Assembly (NCBI GenBank): GCA_024626585.2
Contig: JANKJI020000002.1
Location: forward strand, 79,679,215 to 79,701,324
Reading direction: 5' to 3'
From: Ginkgo biloba
Taxonomy: Eukaryota; Plantae; Ginkgophyta
Length of the DNA stretch: 22,110 nt
Shown here: positions 1-11,061 of the stretch, one piece after another
Layout: each line of letters begins with the position of its first letter
Numbering within the stretch: the first letter of the stretch is position 1
Notes under the pieces: model-generated
The model's database searches: none
Seen by the model: the letters and a program-made list of their open reading frames with translations, nothing else
What the model was told of the DNA's origin: nothing
Made by a program: the position numbers and the translations under genes

Positions 1-1400
1 ATCAAGTCTAATTCAATATCTAGTATTTTTACCTTCATGAATTGAATTAGATATGGTGTATAATATGGGATAATAGCATTGGGATCTTGAGACATAGTCA
101 CTACTAAGTGTTAGATCCATATTCACTATTATTAGGGGAGATATGTGGCTTGTAGATATTAAAATCACAAATGGCCACATGGATATCATAGGAATGATGA
201 TTATGTTATAGAACCAATTTATTCATGTTGAAAATCTTATCTTTAATTTATCCCTCTAAAGGATAAAAGGTAATAAACTAGTAGTTTTTAGATTGGCCTT
301 TGAGGTAGAATTTATCCCTATACATCATATCATCCCATTCTATCTTCATCCATTTATTCTTGACGTAGTTTGACAAGGAGATTGAATTATCTAATCCATC
401 ATTTAGGGAACACATCTAAGTGAAAGGAAATTACTTGAATGAGGTGATTTATATCACCTCATCCTTGTTAGTTTTCTACATATAGGTATCTAGGGTGGCA
501 TAATCCATGCACCTAGGTAATACTACTAGATCAACCCATTTTGGTCTCTCAATCAATTCCATGGACATAATATTTAGGACTAATGTAGCTAGGAAATATC
601 AACCAGACTATTGAGTAATGGTGCAGAACTCATTAGAATATTATTTATACCATTTATACTAGTTAAAGGTATCTCCCAAGGCCATACAAGTAGTCAATGC
701 TACTCATTTCAATGTCGAGTAAATTATTACCTCTCTACATGAAAACACTTTAGCTAGGATCAGAGTGACTAATAATATGATTGGATTAGTGATAGATAAA
801 ATTTTGAACCCACTAAACTAGTTATATANNNNNNNNNNTCTTTAGTGAAAATAGGACCTCACAAATATTATTAGTATTCATGTTCTTTCCTTTGGCCTTA
901 ATTTATACCATTCTCTTATAATCTATGAGGCCTAATAAATATGTACTCACTCTATCATTGATGACCAATATTATTTCCCCTATATAGATATTACCTATCT
1001 TAATTCATAATAAAATTTCTACCAATATTGGATAATCCATATGGTTTATTAGNNNNNNNNNNNNNNNNNNNNNNNNTCACTCATAATACTTTGAATGTTG
1101 GCCATTGACTTGAGTGATAAATTTTTTTCATTCACTATCCAATAGTCTCAAACTATATTAATCCACTTCATGTATCCAAAATATCACCATCATTTTTTCC
1201 TCTTCAATAATTAGAGCCACCTTTTTAAAATTATGTTACTCTACTCTATCTAACTCTATTACTCTTATCCCAGACTAGTTCTTTCTTTCTCTCTTAGTTT
1301 GAAAATCATTTTTAGTATTATATGTAAATGGGATTTGAATCAACTAAATAATGTTATTATATCTCTACCATCACACTCATCTTATTAATGTACCACCATT
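1..1400 (-). pseudogene. Degenerate long retroelement accessory ORF, copy C (N-terminal part, PMD-like); runs off the window start
   Basis: 1-1050 aligns with 15337-16370, and 1-240 aligns with 18475-18710 (e.g. AATTTATCCCTCTAAAG..AAAAGGTAAT at 245 and 15581). Minus-strand remnants: HMDYPILVEIL..IGNIYIGEIILVINDRVSTYLLGL and ALGDTFN*YKWY. Many stops and frameshifts. The limit near 1400 is a guess. Confidence 0.65.
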
Positions 1401-1721
1401 AATTCATATAAATTCCTAAAAATATGAGTTAGTTGAAAGATGCTCCTAATCCTCTAAATCCCACACCATTTACTACTCTTGGACATTCATTTTTCTAATG
1501 TTATAATATACATTGAGAACTATTATTATTTCTATAATAGAATGGAAATTCAAGTAAAGGAAATATTTAATATCCATGAATAATCCATAATGATATATGA
1601 TTCCATGCACCATCTTGGCCCATATCCATTTATGGCAAGCCAAATGTGAGGTAGGTAATAGATCCATTAATGTCGTGGAGGAATTTTTAACATAATGGCA
1701 TGTATAGGTTTCTATTTGGTT

Positions 1722-2128
1722 TCTTTCTTGATCCTTGGTAAGATAAGGAGACCTAGGTGGGGAAGGGAAGGCATATTCCTAAGATTCCTTCATCCCTTAG
1801 CTAGTGGAAAGTGCTCAACCAAAGAAGGGAATGTATGGAGAATGTCGATTCGTTAGATGTCTTGTCATCCACTTCCTTTTCATCCTTGGTGAGAAGAGGC
1901 AACCTAATTAGGGAGGGGAAGGCATATTCTTGAGATTTATTAATTTCCTATCTAATGAGAAGCACCCAACCAAGGAAGGGAATGTGTGGCATATATTGAT
2001 TCATCAAATCTATGATGAGATAACCTAACTAGGGAAGAGAAGTCATATTCCAGAGATTCGATAATTCCTTGGCCAACGAAAAGTGCTTAACCAAGGAAAG
2101 AAATATGTGGGGTATGTTAATTCACCAA
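1722..2128. repeat. Tandem array 1 of a ~150 bp unit (~2.8 units)
   Basis: The motif GGAAGGGAAGGCATATTCC and variants recur, with the CATATTC anchor at 1772, 1923 and 2044 (spacings 151 and 121; one unit carries a deletion). Confidence 0.9.
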
Positions 2129-2249
2129 TGGGGTTATGTATGCAATGTATTTATGCCAAAAGTTAAAATTAGGTTGATTATTCTTTAAAGGAATTCAATT
2201 CTGATTTAAATGCTGCCTAATACACCTTGAGACAAAATTTGACTCAACA
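2129..2249. mobile_element. Conserved cap after array 1, ending ...GACTCAACA; probable LTR terminus (TGTTGAG.. on the minus strand)
   Basis: Homologous to 3125-3243 and 21052-21165 (GGTTAT..GATTATTCTT..AATTCT..CTAATRCAC..AAAATT..AACA). Homology among the three stops at AACA. Confidence 0.7.
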
Positions 2250-2413
2250 CCTACCTTATGGTTATTTCACATTATCCTCATTGGTTTGTCACCACTTGCT
2301 TACCACATAACCTNNNNNNNNNNNNNNNNNNNNNNNNNNNNNNNNNNNNNNNNNNNNNNNNNNNNNNNNNNNNNNNNNNNNNNNNNNNNNNNNNNNNNNN
2401 NNNNNNNNNNNNN

Positions 2414-3124
2414 TGAGGTAATCTAATTAGGGAAGGGAAGGAATATTTCTTAGATTTTCTAATTCCCTATCCATTGGAAAGTTCTCAACTAGGGGAAGGG
2501 AATACATGATGAATGTTAATTTAATATATGTCTCATTAGTCACTTCCTTAGTCCCTGGTGAGTTAAGACAACCAAACTAGGGAAATAAAATCATATTTCT
2601 TAGATTCATTGATTCCTTAACTAGAAATAAATATTCAATAAGGAAAGGGAATACATGGAAGATGTTGATTTACTAGATATATTCTCATCCATTTCCCTAA
2701 TCACTAGTGAGTCAAGGTGACCTAATGAGTTAAGGTAAGGTATATTATGCATACTACCTCATTGCCCATCTAGTTAAAATCACTTGAGTAGGAAAGGTAA
2801 TAAGTAGTATATGTTAATTTGTCATATTTCTTATTCGCTACTTCCTTGATCTATGGTGAGCCAAGGTTACTCAACTAGAGAAGGGAAGGCATATTCCTTA
2901 TATACCTTAATTTATTAGATAATGAAAATAGCTAAAATAAGAAAGGGAATATGTGGTAGATGTTAATTTATCATTTTCCTTATTATCCACTTCCTTGATC
3001 CTTAGTGAGCTAAGGTGACCCAACTAAGGAAGGGAAGGTATTCTATTTAGATTCCTTAATTACCTGGATAATAAGAACTCCTTATTAGGGAAGGAAATAC
3101 ATAGTAGACATTGGATCATATAAG
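2414..3124. repeat. Tandem array 2 of a ~149-150 bp unit (>=4.7 units, left end in a gap)
   Basis: Anchor motif at 2442, 2592, 2741, 2890 and 3039 (spacings 150, 149, 149, 149). Confidence 0.92.
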
Positions 3125-3243
3125 TGGTTATATATTGAGTGGATATATACTATAAGATAAAATAAGGATGATTATTCTTCATAGAAATTCAATTCTAATT
3201 AAACTATTTCTTAATGCACATTAGGATAAAATTTGGTTTAACA
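3125..3243. mobile_element. Conserved cap after array 2, ending ...GGTTTAACA; probable LTR terminus
   Basis: Matches 2129-2249 and 21052-21165 and shares the same AACA endpoint. Confidence 0.7.
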
Positions 3244-4049
3244 TTTAATGATTAGCAAGGATAATTCAACCTGATGCATGAATCCTAGATCAATTAGTTA
3301 GGCCACCTTGGATAATATAAACTAAATTATTTATTATCAAATATATTTCTTATCCCATGGATGATGGTGAGGGTTCACATTATTTTACTCTCTTGGCTTC
3401 TTCTTGATAGAGATGGGATAATGTAAACTACTTGTTATATTTGATTTAATTAGAAGTTCCACTCCTTTTATAACCTAATATAGTTCCTACAAAGTTTTAT
3501 CTTCAAGTATCATACATATGATCATTAGGTGTCTAACCTCATCCTTCATTTTTTTCATCTCTAGAGTAGGATGAGGGGAATTGGACCCTTATTTGTGACT
3601 AACACTAGATATAGAATCACTTATCCTATTGGGTATATTAAAATATATTATCATTTATTAAAAAATTATTACCCTAGTTATATACTTAAGTATACATATA
3701 TAAAAATTATAGTATGATATTAATAAATTACCTACCTAAGTGGCANNNNNNNNNNNNNNNNNNNNNNNNNNNNNNNNNNNNNNNNNNNNNNNNNNNNNNN
3801 NNNNNNNNNNNNNNNNNNNNNNNNNNNNNNNNNNNNNNNNNNNNNNNNNNNNNNNNNNNNNNNNNNNNNNNNNNNNNNNNNNNNNNNNNNNNNNNNNNNN
3901 NNNNNNNNNNNNNNNNNNNNNNNNNNNNNNNNNNNNNNNNNNNNNNNNNNNNNNNNNNNNNNNNNNNNNNNTAGTTATTGTGCCTCAATATGATATATGG
4001 ATATTAACTAATATTAATACATATGGATGGATAATATAAGATGAGTATT

Positions 4050-4960
4050 CACATGATCTCCTAATTATAGATAATCCACTTGATTCATTTTGAATACTTC
4101 TACCTCAAAATTGATTCATAGGACAACTTCCTTTCCATAAACTAGTGAGAATGGAATGGATCTGATAGATACCTTATGAGTATTTTAATAATCCTATGAA
4201 GATAAGTAAATATNNNNNNNNNNNNNNNNNNNNAATATTTTTATGCTAATATTTCCTATGTCAAGTAATCATCCATTCCAAAATATTAATTATCACTTTA
4301 TTAATGGTTTTAGCCAATCCATTTTCCTATGGGTAGTGCGGGGAAGAAAATTGATGCTTAATCCCTAGTTGTCCTATCAGTGCCATCATCTCCTCATTCT
4401 AGAAACATGTACCTATGTTATAAACTAATTTTAATGATACATTGAACCTATACACAATATTATATACAATAAATTAACTATAGTTTTATCATTGGTATTC
4501 CTAGTAAGAGCTACTCTAACCCATTTTGTGAGGTAGTCTATATACTAGTTATTATATGAAAATGTCTTAGTAAATAAGGAATTAATACTTTGATATAGTA
4601 TATACCATGATTTGCAAGTATAACTAATGGAATGTTGGGTTTTATAGGTAAAATCGATAATGCTACCTATTTTTTATTAATATGGCATGTTTTGCATGCT
4701 TTAGAAACTATATATACATCTTTATATAATGTCAACCAATAGACGTATGGACAAACTACCTTTCTTATAGTATTTTCCCTAAGAAAATAGATTCCACATA
4801 TGTTGTCATGAAATTAATATTATATTTCATACAATTATGTTTGATTTTCACATTGAAGTAGTACCCCATCCACATTTAGTCAACAAAGAGTTCCTCCTAT
4901 CCAAGAATAACTCTCACTTTGAATTTTGATATGATGCCTTTATTCTTTAGAAGAGTCTTA
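4050..4960 (-). pseudogene. Gypsy integrase remnant (zinc finger + catalytic core)
   Basis: Hand translation: NVDGVLLQC..FHDNICGIYF..YWLTLYKDVYIVSKACKTCH; DYLTKWVRV; IVYRFNVSLKLVYNIGTCF*N; GIKHQFSSPHYP*ENGLAKTINK; IPFSLVYGKEVVL*INFEV. These are degenerate forms of H..CGGHF, YWPTL.KD..C..CQ, DY.TKWVE, YYPQ.NG.AE and TPF.LVYG. Confidence 0.92.
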
Positions 4961-5099
4961 ATGAAAGGTTTGAGCAGTGAGGTATCAAACTATATTTTTT
5001 ATCACATATTACGCTATTAAATAGAAAATAATTTACCTTTTAGGAAATAAGTTTATTTAGGAATAACTAACTTCTTGATGCATGGGTTATTGGTGATCA

Positions 5100-5400
5100 A
5101 GTCAGTAAAGGTCTCATCCATTCAATGCCCTTGATTCTCCTTAGTGACAATATAAAATAAAAATCCTATAAAATGAGTATCCACTTGGAAATCTACCCCT
5201 ATAATAAGGACTTATTTAGGAATGGGCATAAAGGATTTGCATTCATATACCACTTAAAGTGTTTAGAGAGTAGATAACTATGCATCTTATGTGTAGCATC
5301 AACCAAGGATAACACTTCCTTCTATATCAGTGAATACTGATATTTAAGACTTGTTTATTTCCTCCCCACATAACAAAATTAGTCTCTTCCCTATCCATTT
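5100..5400 (-). pseudogene. Gypsy RNase H remnant
   Basis: QYSLI*KEVLSLVDATHKMHSYLLSKHFKWYMNANPLCPFLNKSLL*G*ISKWILIL*DF resembles YS..EKE.L.LV.A..K.R.YL...F....D..PL....K....GRI.KW.L.LQEF. Confidence 0.88.
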
Positions 5401-5479
5401 AATTAAAAAAAGAGCGCATACATTCCCTCATCCTTGACATGAGTTATTAAGAAAAAATATTTAAACTTATCTAAAGAAT

Positions 5480-5890
5480 CCTGATTGGACTTTATATAAT
5501 AAATCTTATTGCATTTCTTGAGGAAATTATTTTTAGGGATAAAAATAATGGCATAATAAGGGATCAATACTAGTAATATTCATTTTTTTATAATAAAGAA
5601 TACATAAATGATTCATCAATTAGTGGAGATAAAGAGATAATAGTTTTGATGATGTCAGGATTGAGTGATATGCCTTGAATTGATTTTATCCAACTTAATA
5701 ATTTATCCTTGGTAGTACATGATATATTTTGGTGGTTAGAGACAAATAGAAAAGGTATGACAACACTCAAAATAGTGCTTTAAATCTATGATATGTTCAC
5801 TACTTTTTCAAAGTTGACTGAATAGTAATCTAAGTAGATGACCATGGCCTTATCTATTAGGGTCTTAAATTCTTTGTGTATTATCTATTA
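5480..5890 (-). pseudogene. Gypsy reverse transcriptase remnant (C-terminal half; the rest falls in gap 5891-6604)
   Basis: FKTLIDKAMVIYLDYYSV is a decayed YLDD motif (5822-5842). ORF 5588..5770 gives DKLLSWIKSIQGISLNPDIIKTIISLSP, resembling GKLLGHIVS..GI..DPDKI.AI..L.P. Confidence 0.88.
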
Positions 5891-7000
5891 NNNNNNNNNN
5901 NNNNNNNNNNNNNNNNNNNNNNNNNNNNNNNNNNNNNNNNNNNNNNNNNNNNNNNNNNNNNNNNNNNNNNNNNNNNNNNNNNNNNNNNNNNNNNNNNNNN
6001 NNNNNNNNNNNNNNNNNNNNNNNNNNNNNNNNNNNNNNNNNNNNNNNNNNNNNNNNNNNNNNNNNNNNNNNNNNNNNNNNNNNNNNNNNNNNNNNNNNNN
6101 NNNNNNNNNNNNNNNNNNNNNNNNNNNNNNNNNNNNNNNNNNNNNNNNNNNNNNNNNNNNNNNNNNNNNNNNNNNNNNNNNNNNNNNNNNNNNNNNNNNN
6201 NNNNNNNNNNNNNNNNNNNNNNNNNNNNNNNNNNNNNNNNNNNNNNNNNNNNNNNNNNNNNNNNNNNNNNNNNNNNNNNNNNNNNNNNNNNNNNNNNNNN
6301 NNNNNNNNNNNNNNNNNNNNNNNNNNNNNNNNNNNNNNNNNNNNNNNNNNNNNNNNNNNNNNNNNNNNNNNNNNNNNNNNNNNNNNNNNNNNNNNNNNNN
6401 NNNNNNNNNNNNNNNNNNNNNNNNNNNNNNNNNNNNNNNNNNNNNNNNNNNNNNNNNNNNNNNNNNNNNNNNNNNNNNNNNNNNNNNNNNNNNNNNNNNN
6501 NNNNNNNNNNNNNNNNNNNNNNNNNNNNNNNNNNNNNNNNNNNNNNNNNNNNNNNNNNNNNNNNNNNNNNNNNNNNNNNNNNNNNNNNNNNNNNNNNNNN
6601 NNNNTTGGGACCTTATACTTATAAAGGTTCTCCTATATTTCTTATTTGATAACATCTTCCTAAGTATAGATCATAATTATTAATTTTTATCAATAAGGGT
6701 CTTATTCTCCATAAATCTAGGTAAGAATAACTTTTTTTCATTTGTAAGATCTTTAAGGCCAAGATTACATTAGTTGTGATAGGGACAAATAGGAGTAATA
6801 TCATTGTTTAGTGAGAGATCCATATCTGGTGTGATAGGAATAACCATAATCATTTTATCCTTGGAATTTGTATAAGTAATGTATAAAACCACACTATTAT
6901 TGCTAANNNNNNNNNNNNNNNNNNNNNNNNNNNNNNNNNNNNNNNNNNNNNNNNNNNNNNNNNNNNNNNNNNNNNNNNNNNNNNNNNNNNNNNNNNNNNN

Positions 7001-7240
7001 NAATATACCACTATATATTTGATATATGAAAGGACACCAACAAAATCTACCTCCACTTATTTAATAACCCCATTTGAGGAAATGTTTTATGAATCAAAGT
7101 TTGCTAAGGTTATAAAATATAGATACATAATAGCCAGGCCTAAATGACCCATTATATGGAGTGGAATAATATTTATAACTGATCCAACATCCACTTGTAC
7201 CTCCTATAGTACATGGACACTAATAGTTTCTATGAGTGGA
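7001..7240 (-). pseudogene. Retropepsin-type aspartic protease remnant
   Basis: EVQVDVGSVINIIPLHIMGHLG...ITLANFDS*NISSNGVIK*VEVDFVGVLSYIKYIVV. The D-x-G-S active site lies near 7181-7195. Confidence 0.82.
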
Positions 7241-8099
7241 AATGACCCTAGGTATCTACTAGCATATAAGACCTATGAGAAATTTATCTATTTTACATCT
7301 ACTTATAACATTTTGCCAAATGATAGGATGAACTTTCATAAGTATACCATTGAGATATTCTCCAATAAATATACAAGGTTTATCCATAATGAGTATTCTA
7401 ATACTTTATCCATTGGGATGGATGTTTAGTATATCATATTTATAGTATAATATGTAGAGGCCATAATTCTAAGTTTAACTAAACTTGATGATCTAGTAGT
7501 TCTAACGGTATCTATCATCGCCATTACTAAAATTATATCAAGAATATTTAATATTTATAAAAAAATACTAATATTTGGATATTGATTATTGAAAGGTGAT
7601 AATAAAATTGGATAAGGATCTAACCATATTATATGGTATACATTGGAAATTTCTAGGATGGAGCTAAGATTCCATATAATGGGGTAGCATTTTGTACTCT
7701 TTGAATAAGTAGGTCGTAAATATTCACATATTGAATCTTAGGATCTTACACTACTTGAAGAGGGATAATAAGGAAATGATTTACTTATGACACTATGGGA
7801 TGGATGATGTGGAGATAATATTGGAAACTAGCCTTATTAATGACCATTTACTTGATATACATTATAATACTCATTCCTAGTAGGGAATTAATCTAGTGTA
7901 TATTTACCCTAATAATTGGGACAATGAGGAAGATACCATAAATTCTCTCTAGAATGGACATTTAATTGAGAATGTATGTAGAAATGCATAAGCTTATTAA
8001 ATACATATTATTTTTCCCCTCATTCACCAACACAACCACCCCTCCATCTAAATACTCTCATCCCCTTTATACATACTAAGGAAAAACACACACCTCTTG

Positions 8100-8560
8100 A
8101 TTGGATGGATGGTTATCCTTCTACTATGGTACCATGAATGGAATAATAGGGGGTTATTTATTTTCATTTATCAGTTAAACCTACTATTTATAGTTCCTTT
8201 ATCTAGCTTGATTATCCCATAGAATATTAAAAATATGATCTNNNNNNNNNNNNNNNNNNNNNNNCTAATACTTCTCATTAAATCTCCATCATATTCTCTA
8301 TCGATTAATCCAAACAATTTATAATCAAGAGAAATGATTTCACTAGAATAACTCCTTACTTAGTTGACCAAGGAGGGGGAGGTATAATTTTTATCAATGG
8401 TATATGATGAGGATGAGTAAGACGAATGTAACATCTCCATATATTAAGTGACATAAATAGGTATGGATCCAAAAATTAATTATACAACATATGATATTGG
8501 GGACTTTAAGGTTGTCTAACATCTTGAAAGTTATGATCCTAAATTATAGGGTTTGTTTGA
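8100..8560 (-). pseudogene. Probable gag remnant
   Basis: Weak motifs MLDNLKVPNI..Y...DPYLF and PSLVN*VKELF, at the position expected upstream of the protease. Heavily frameshifted. Confidence 0.4.
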
Positions 8561-9057
8561 GAGATAAATATTAGGTCATATTTAAAAATATAAATATCAT
8601 AAATNNNNNNNNNNNNNNNNNNNNNNNNNNNATTATAATATTCTACCAAAATTCCCACTAGGCCATAACATATAGGCCGCTCTAAAAATAGGCCAATAAG
8701 GTTAGTTTATTCAACTATGATCTCACTTTTTGACGAGAAGAATTAAATCAATTAACATATGCTTTGTAAGAATATTCCACTCCCTTACAACTTTTTAATA
8801 ACTCATTCAAGTCTTTCCAATTTTTATATACCAAATAAAATTAAGGAATTAACAAGGTCATAACATATGCCCATNNNNNNNNNNACACTAATTGATATGG
8901 TAATGTATTATACCAATCACTAGGATCATGAGTAAAAGTGGTCAAGAATAGTAATAGCACATGGTATAGATCAATAATTCCCATTGTAATATAAGAATAA
9001 ATAAAATTCTAAACATTTTTAATGGGCTAATCTAGGGAATAATACTTAGGTAATGGT

Positions 9058-9734
9058 TGATGGGAAATAATTTATCCCATCATAATTATTTCCTTTTTAC
9101 TAATTAATGCACTTGGGAGTATGGTCGATCAATGTGTCGATGGAAAAGGCATTAGGATATGTTGATGCTTGGATAGTATTTTAGATCTAGTTCATAGAGC
9201 AATTTTGGATTTTCCTAAATTTAAGTCTTAATTTGTATTCAATTATAGATATGATTTATATTGTGTATGTTATTAGTGACTAGGTTCATGTCTATTTGTT
9301 TATCACTAGGTCATTGGTAACTAAAAGTCACTAGTATCTTATGTGCGTACCAGTTACCTAGTGACCGCAATAATAGTTAATATAATGTATAATTATAATG
9401 TAACTATCATGATTAATTATCTTGGGTTAGTTGTAGACAGTTATTCCAACTAGAAGAGATGATGTATAAATACCTTATATTTGTAATAAAGAAATTAGAC
9501 ATTTTTTATTGTTCAAGACTTATATATTTATTGGTGTTTTACATAAGGGCCACTATAAAGGCTAACAATTATTGGTTATACCCATAGGCAAGAATTAACG
9601 AATTATATTTTTTTATATGTTGTTATTTTTCTCAATTTAATAAATAAAGACTCTGAGTTGTGATAGGAAAATATAGATTGATGATTGGTTTCTTTCACTC
9701 TTATTTTCTTCCTTCATAAGATCATGAAATCCAT
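9058..9734 (+). repeat. 5' LTR of element 2 (right end in a gap)
   Basis: Aligns with 11062-11695. I counted 24 mismatches in 180 bp for 9181-9360 vs 11172-11351 (~87% identity). Contains TATAAATA followed by AATAAA. Confidence 0.8.
9465..9472 (+). promoter_or_regulatory. Putative LTR TATA box (conserved in the other LTR at 11432-11439)
   Basis: GATGATGTATAAATACCTTATATTT is identical in both LTR copies, with AATAAA ~12 bp after the box. Confidence 0.5.
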
Positions 9735-9834
9735 NNNNNNNNNNNNNNNNNNNNNNNNNNNNNNNNNNNNNNNNNNNNNNNNNNNNNNNNNNNNNNNNNN
9801 NNNNNNNNNNNNNNNNNNNNNNNNNNNNNNNNNN

Positions 9835-10590
9835 CTCAAGAAATAGTCAATGACCGAGGGACACCCTTCATAAATAAGGTGGTAGAGGCCCTTACAACAG
9901 ATTATCGAATCCGTCATCAGAAATCTACACCTTATTATCCACAGGCAAATGGATAGGCTAAGGTAACCAATAGGGAACTATACAACATAATTATAAAGTC
10001 TATAGTGTTGCATTCACATGATTGGGGGGATTAGATTTTTGAATCCATATGGGAATAAGGAACAACTTGGAATACATATACATGATTCACACCATTTTAG
10101 ACTATCTATGGTAAGTTTTCCATTATGCTGATAGAATTAGAAATCAATACATATAGGATGGCACAACAACTTGGTTTGAAAATGGTAAAAGATAAAATGA
10201 AATGAATAGATAATTTGCATCAATTGGATGAATTTCAACAAGAACAAGTATTATGAATGGATCTTGTATAATGATAGAGGAAATAATGGCACAATAGAAA
10301 TTTTTATATCTAAAATGTTTTAGGTCCAATAATTAGGCACTACTATATTATTTAAGATATAATAAATTCCCTAATAAATTTATCAAGTGATATGTATGGG
10401 ACCATACTAAATAACACAAGCTGACTTGAATNNNNNNNNNNNNNNNNNTGTGTTATTAGAATCTATTGATGGAAAATTCACTAAATTCCTAGCTAATGGG
10501 TATCAGTTTAGAGCATATAAATAACCAATCAATAGGGATCACTTCATGCATAATATGAAAACCTAGAATGACCTACAAATATTGGATAGA
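9835..10590 (+). pseudogene. Gypsy integrase core and C-terminus remnant (different family from 4050-4960)
   Basis: QEIVNDRGTPFINKVVEALTTDYRIRHQKSTPYYPQANG*AKVTNRELYNII..HDWGD*IFESIW..TTW..FTPF*TIYGK..IELE; LDEF; RK*WHN; MGPY*I; SIDG..LANGYQLRAY. No chromodomain is apparent. Confidence 0.95.
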
Positions 10591-11061
10591 AAATGACTTC
10601 AAGTTAGTATTAGAGATGTAGGATTGGGTGCATGTATTATTAGTATTTATTTTATTCTATTTTGTTTCCTTTTTTTTCAATAAATACTATTTGTGTTCTC
10701 TTTGTATTAATTCATAGCTAAGATTGGCAAGTCATGTCATAATGATTCACTTTTTAGGATATTTGAGTCACCTAATGACTAGTACCAAGAATAACAAATA
10801 CCTTTATTGATCATCAATGTGTAGATCATGAGAGCATGTGAAACATAACCTTCCAACTCGGTGATAAACACATAGTTTCCTAAAATTCTATACTTCAAGG
10901 CACATCATTTTAAATTATGATGTGTCATACATGACAAGAAGGAATTTCTACTTTTATGCCANNNNNNNNNNNNNNNNNNNNNNNNNNNNNNNNNNNNNNN
11001 NNNNNNNNNNNNNNNNNNNNNNNNNNNNNNNNNNNNNNNNNNNNNNNNNNNNNNNNNNNNN

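Larger units (their letters stand above)
4050..8560 (-). mobile_element. Decayed Ty3/Gypsy LTR-retrotransposon internal region (gag?-PR-RT-RNaseH-INT), non-chromovirus (Athila-like) type
   Basis: Domain remnants lie in Gypsy order on the minus strand (see the individual features). RNase H and the integrase zinc finger leave no room for an extra Tat-type RNase H. Confidence 0.9.

Noticed and set aside
1473-1667. 64-aa ORF as a gene
   Set aside because: Short, AT-biased and without a recognisable motif; consistent with chance.
1722-3124. CRISPR array
   Set aside because: The sequences between the conserved boxes are homologous from unit to unit rather than unique spacers. There are no cas genes, and the context is eukaryotic retrotransposon DNA.
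3244-3265. Primer-binding site after the AACA terminus (+ strand orientation)
   Set aside because: TTTAATGATTAGC.. has no TGG start or recognisable tRNA complement, and neither do the flanks at 2250 and 21166.
3714-4039. ORF-track calls spanning N runs (also 5838-6683, 10922-11153, 12294-12504, 16801-16989, 19234-20299)
   Set aside because: They are open only because N codons cannot be stops; they are gap artefacts.
4960-5100. Tat/Ogre-type additional RNase H
   Set aside because: Only ~150-250 bp separate RNase H from the integrase N-terminus, and no FDG motif is seen.
7232-7429. 65-aa plus-strand ORF (likewise minus-strand 9714..9917 and 10144..10329)
   Set aside because: Each lies antisense to a recognised or expected gag-pol/integrase region and is a shadow ORF.
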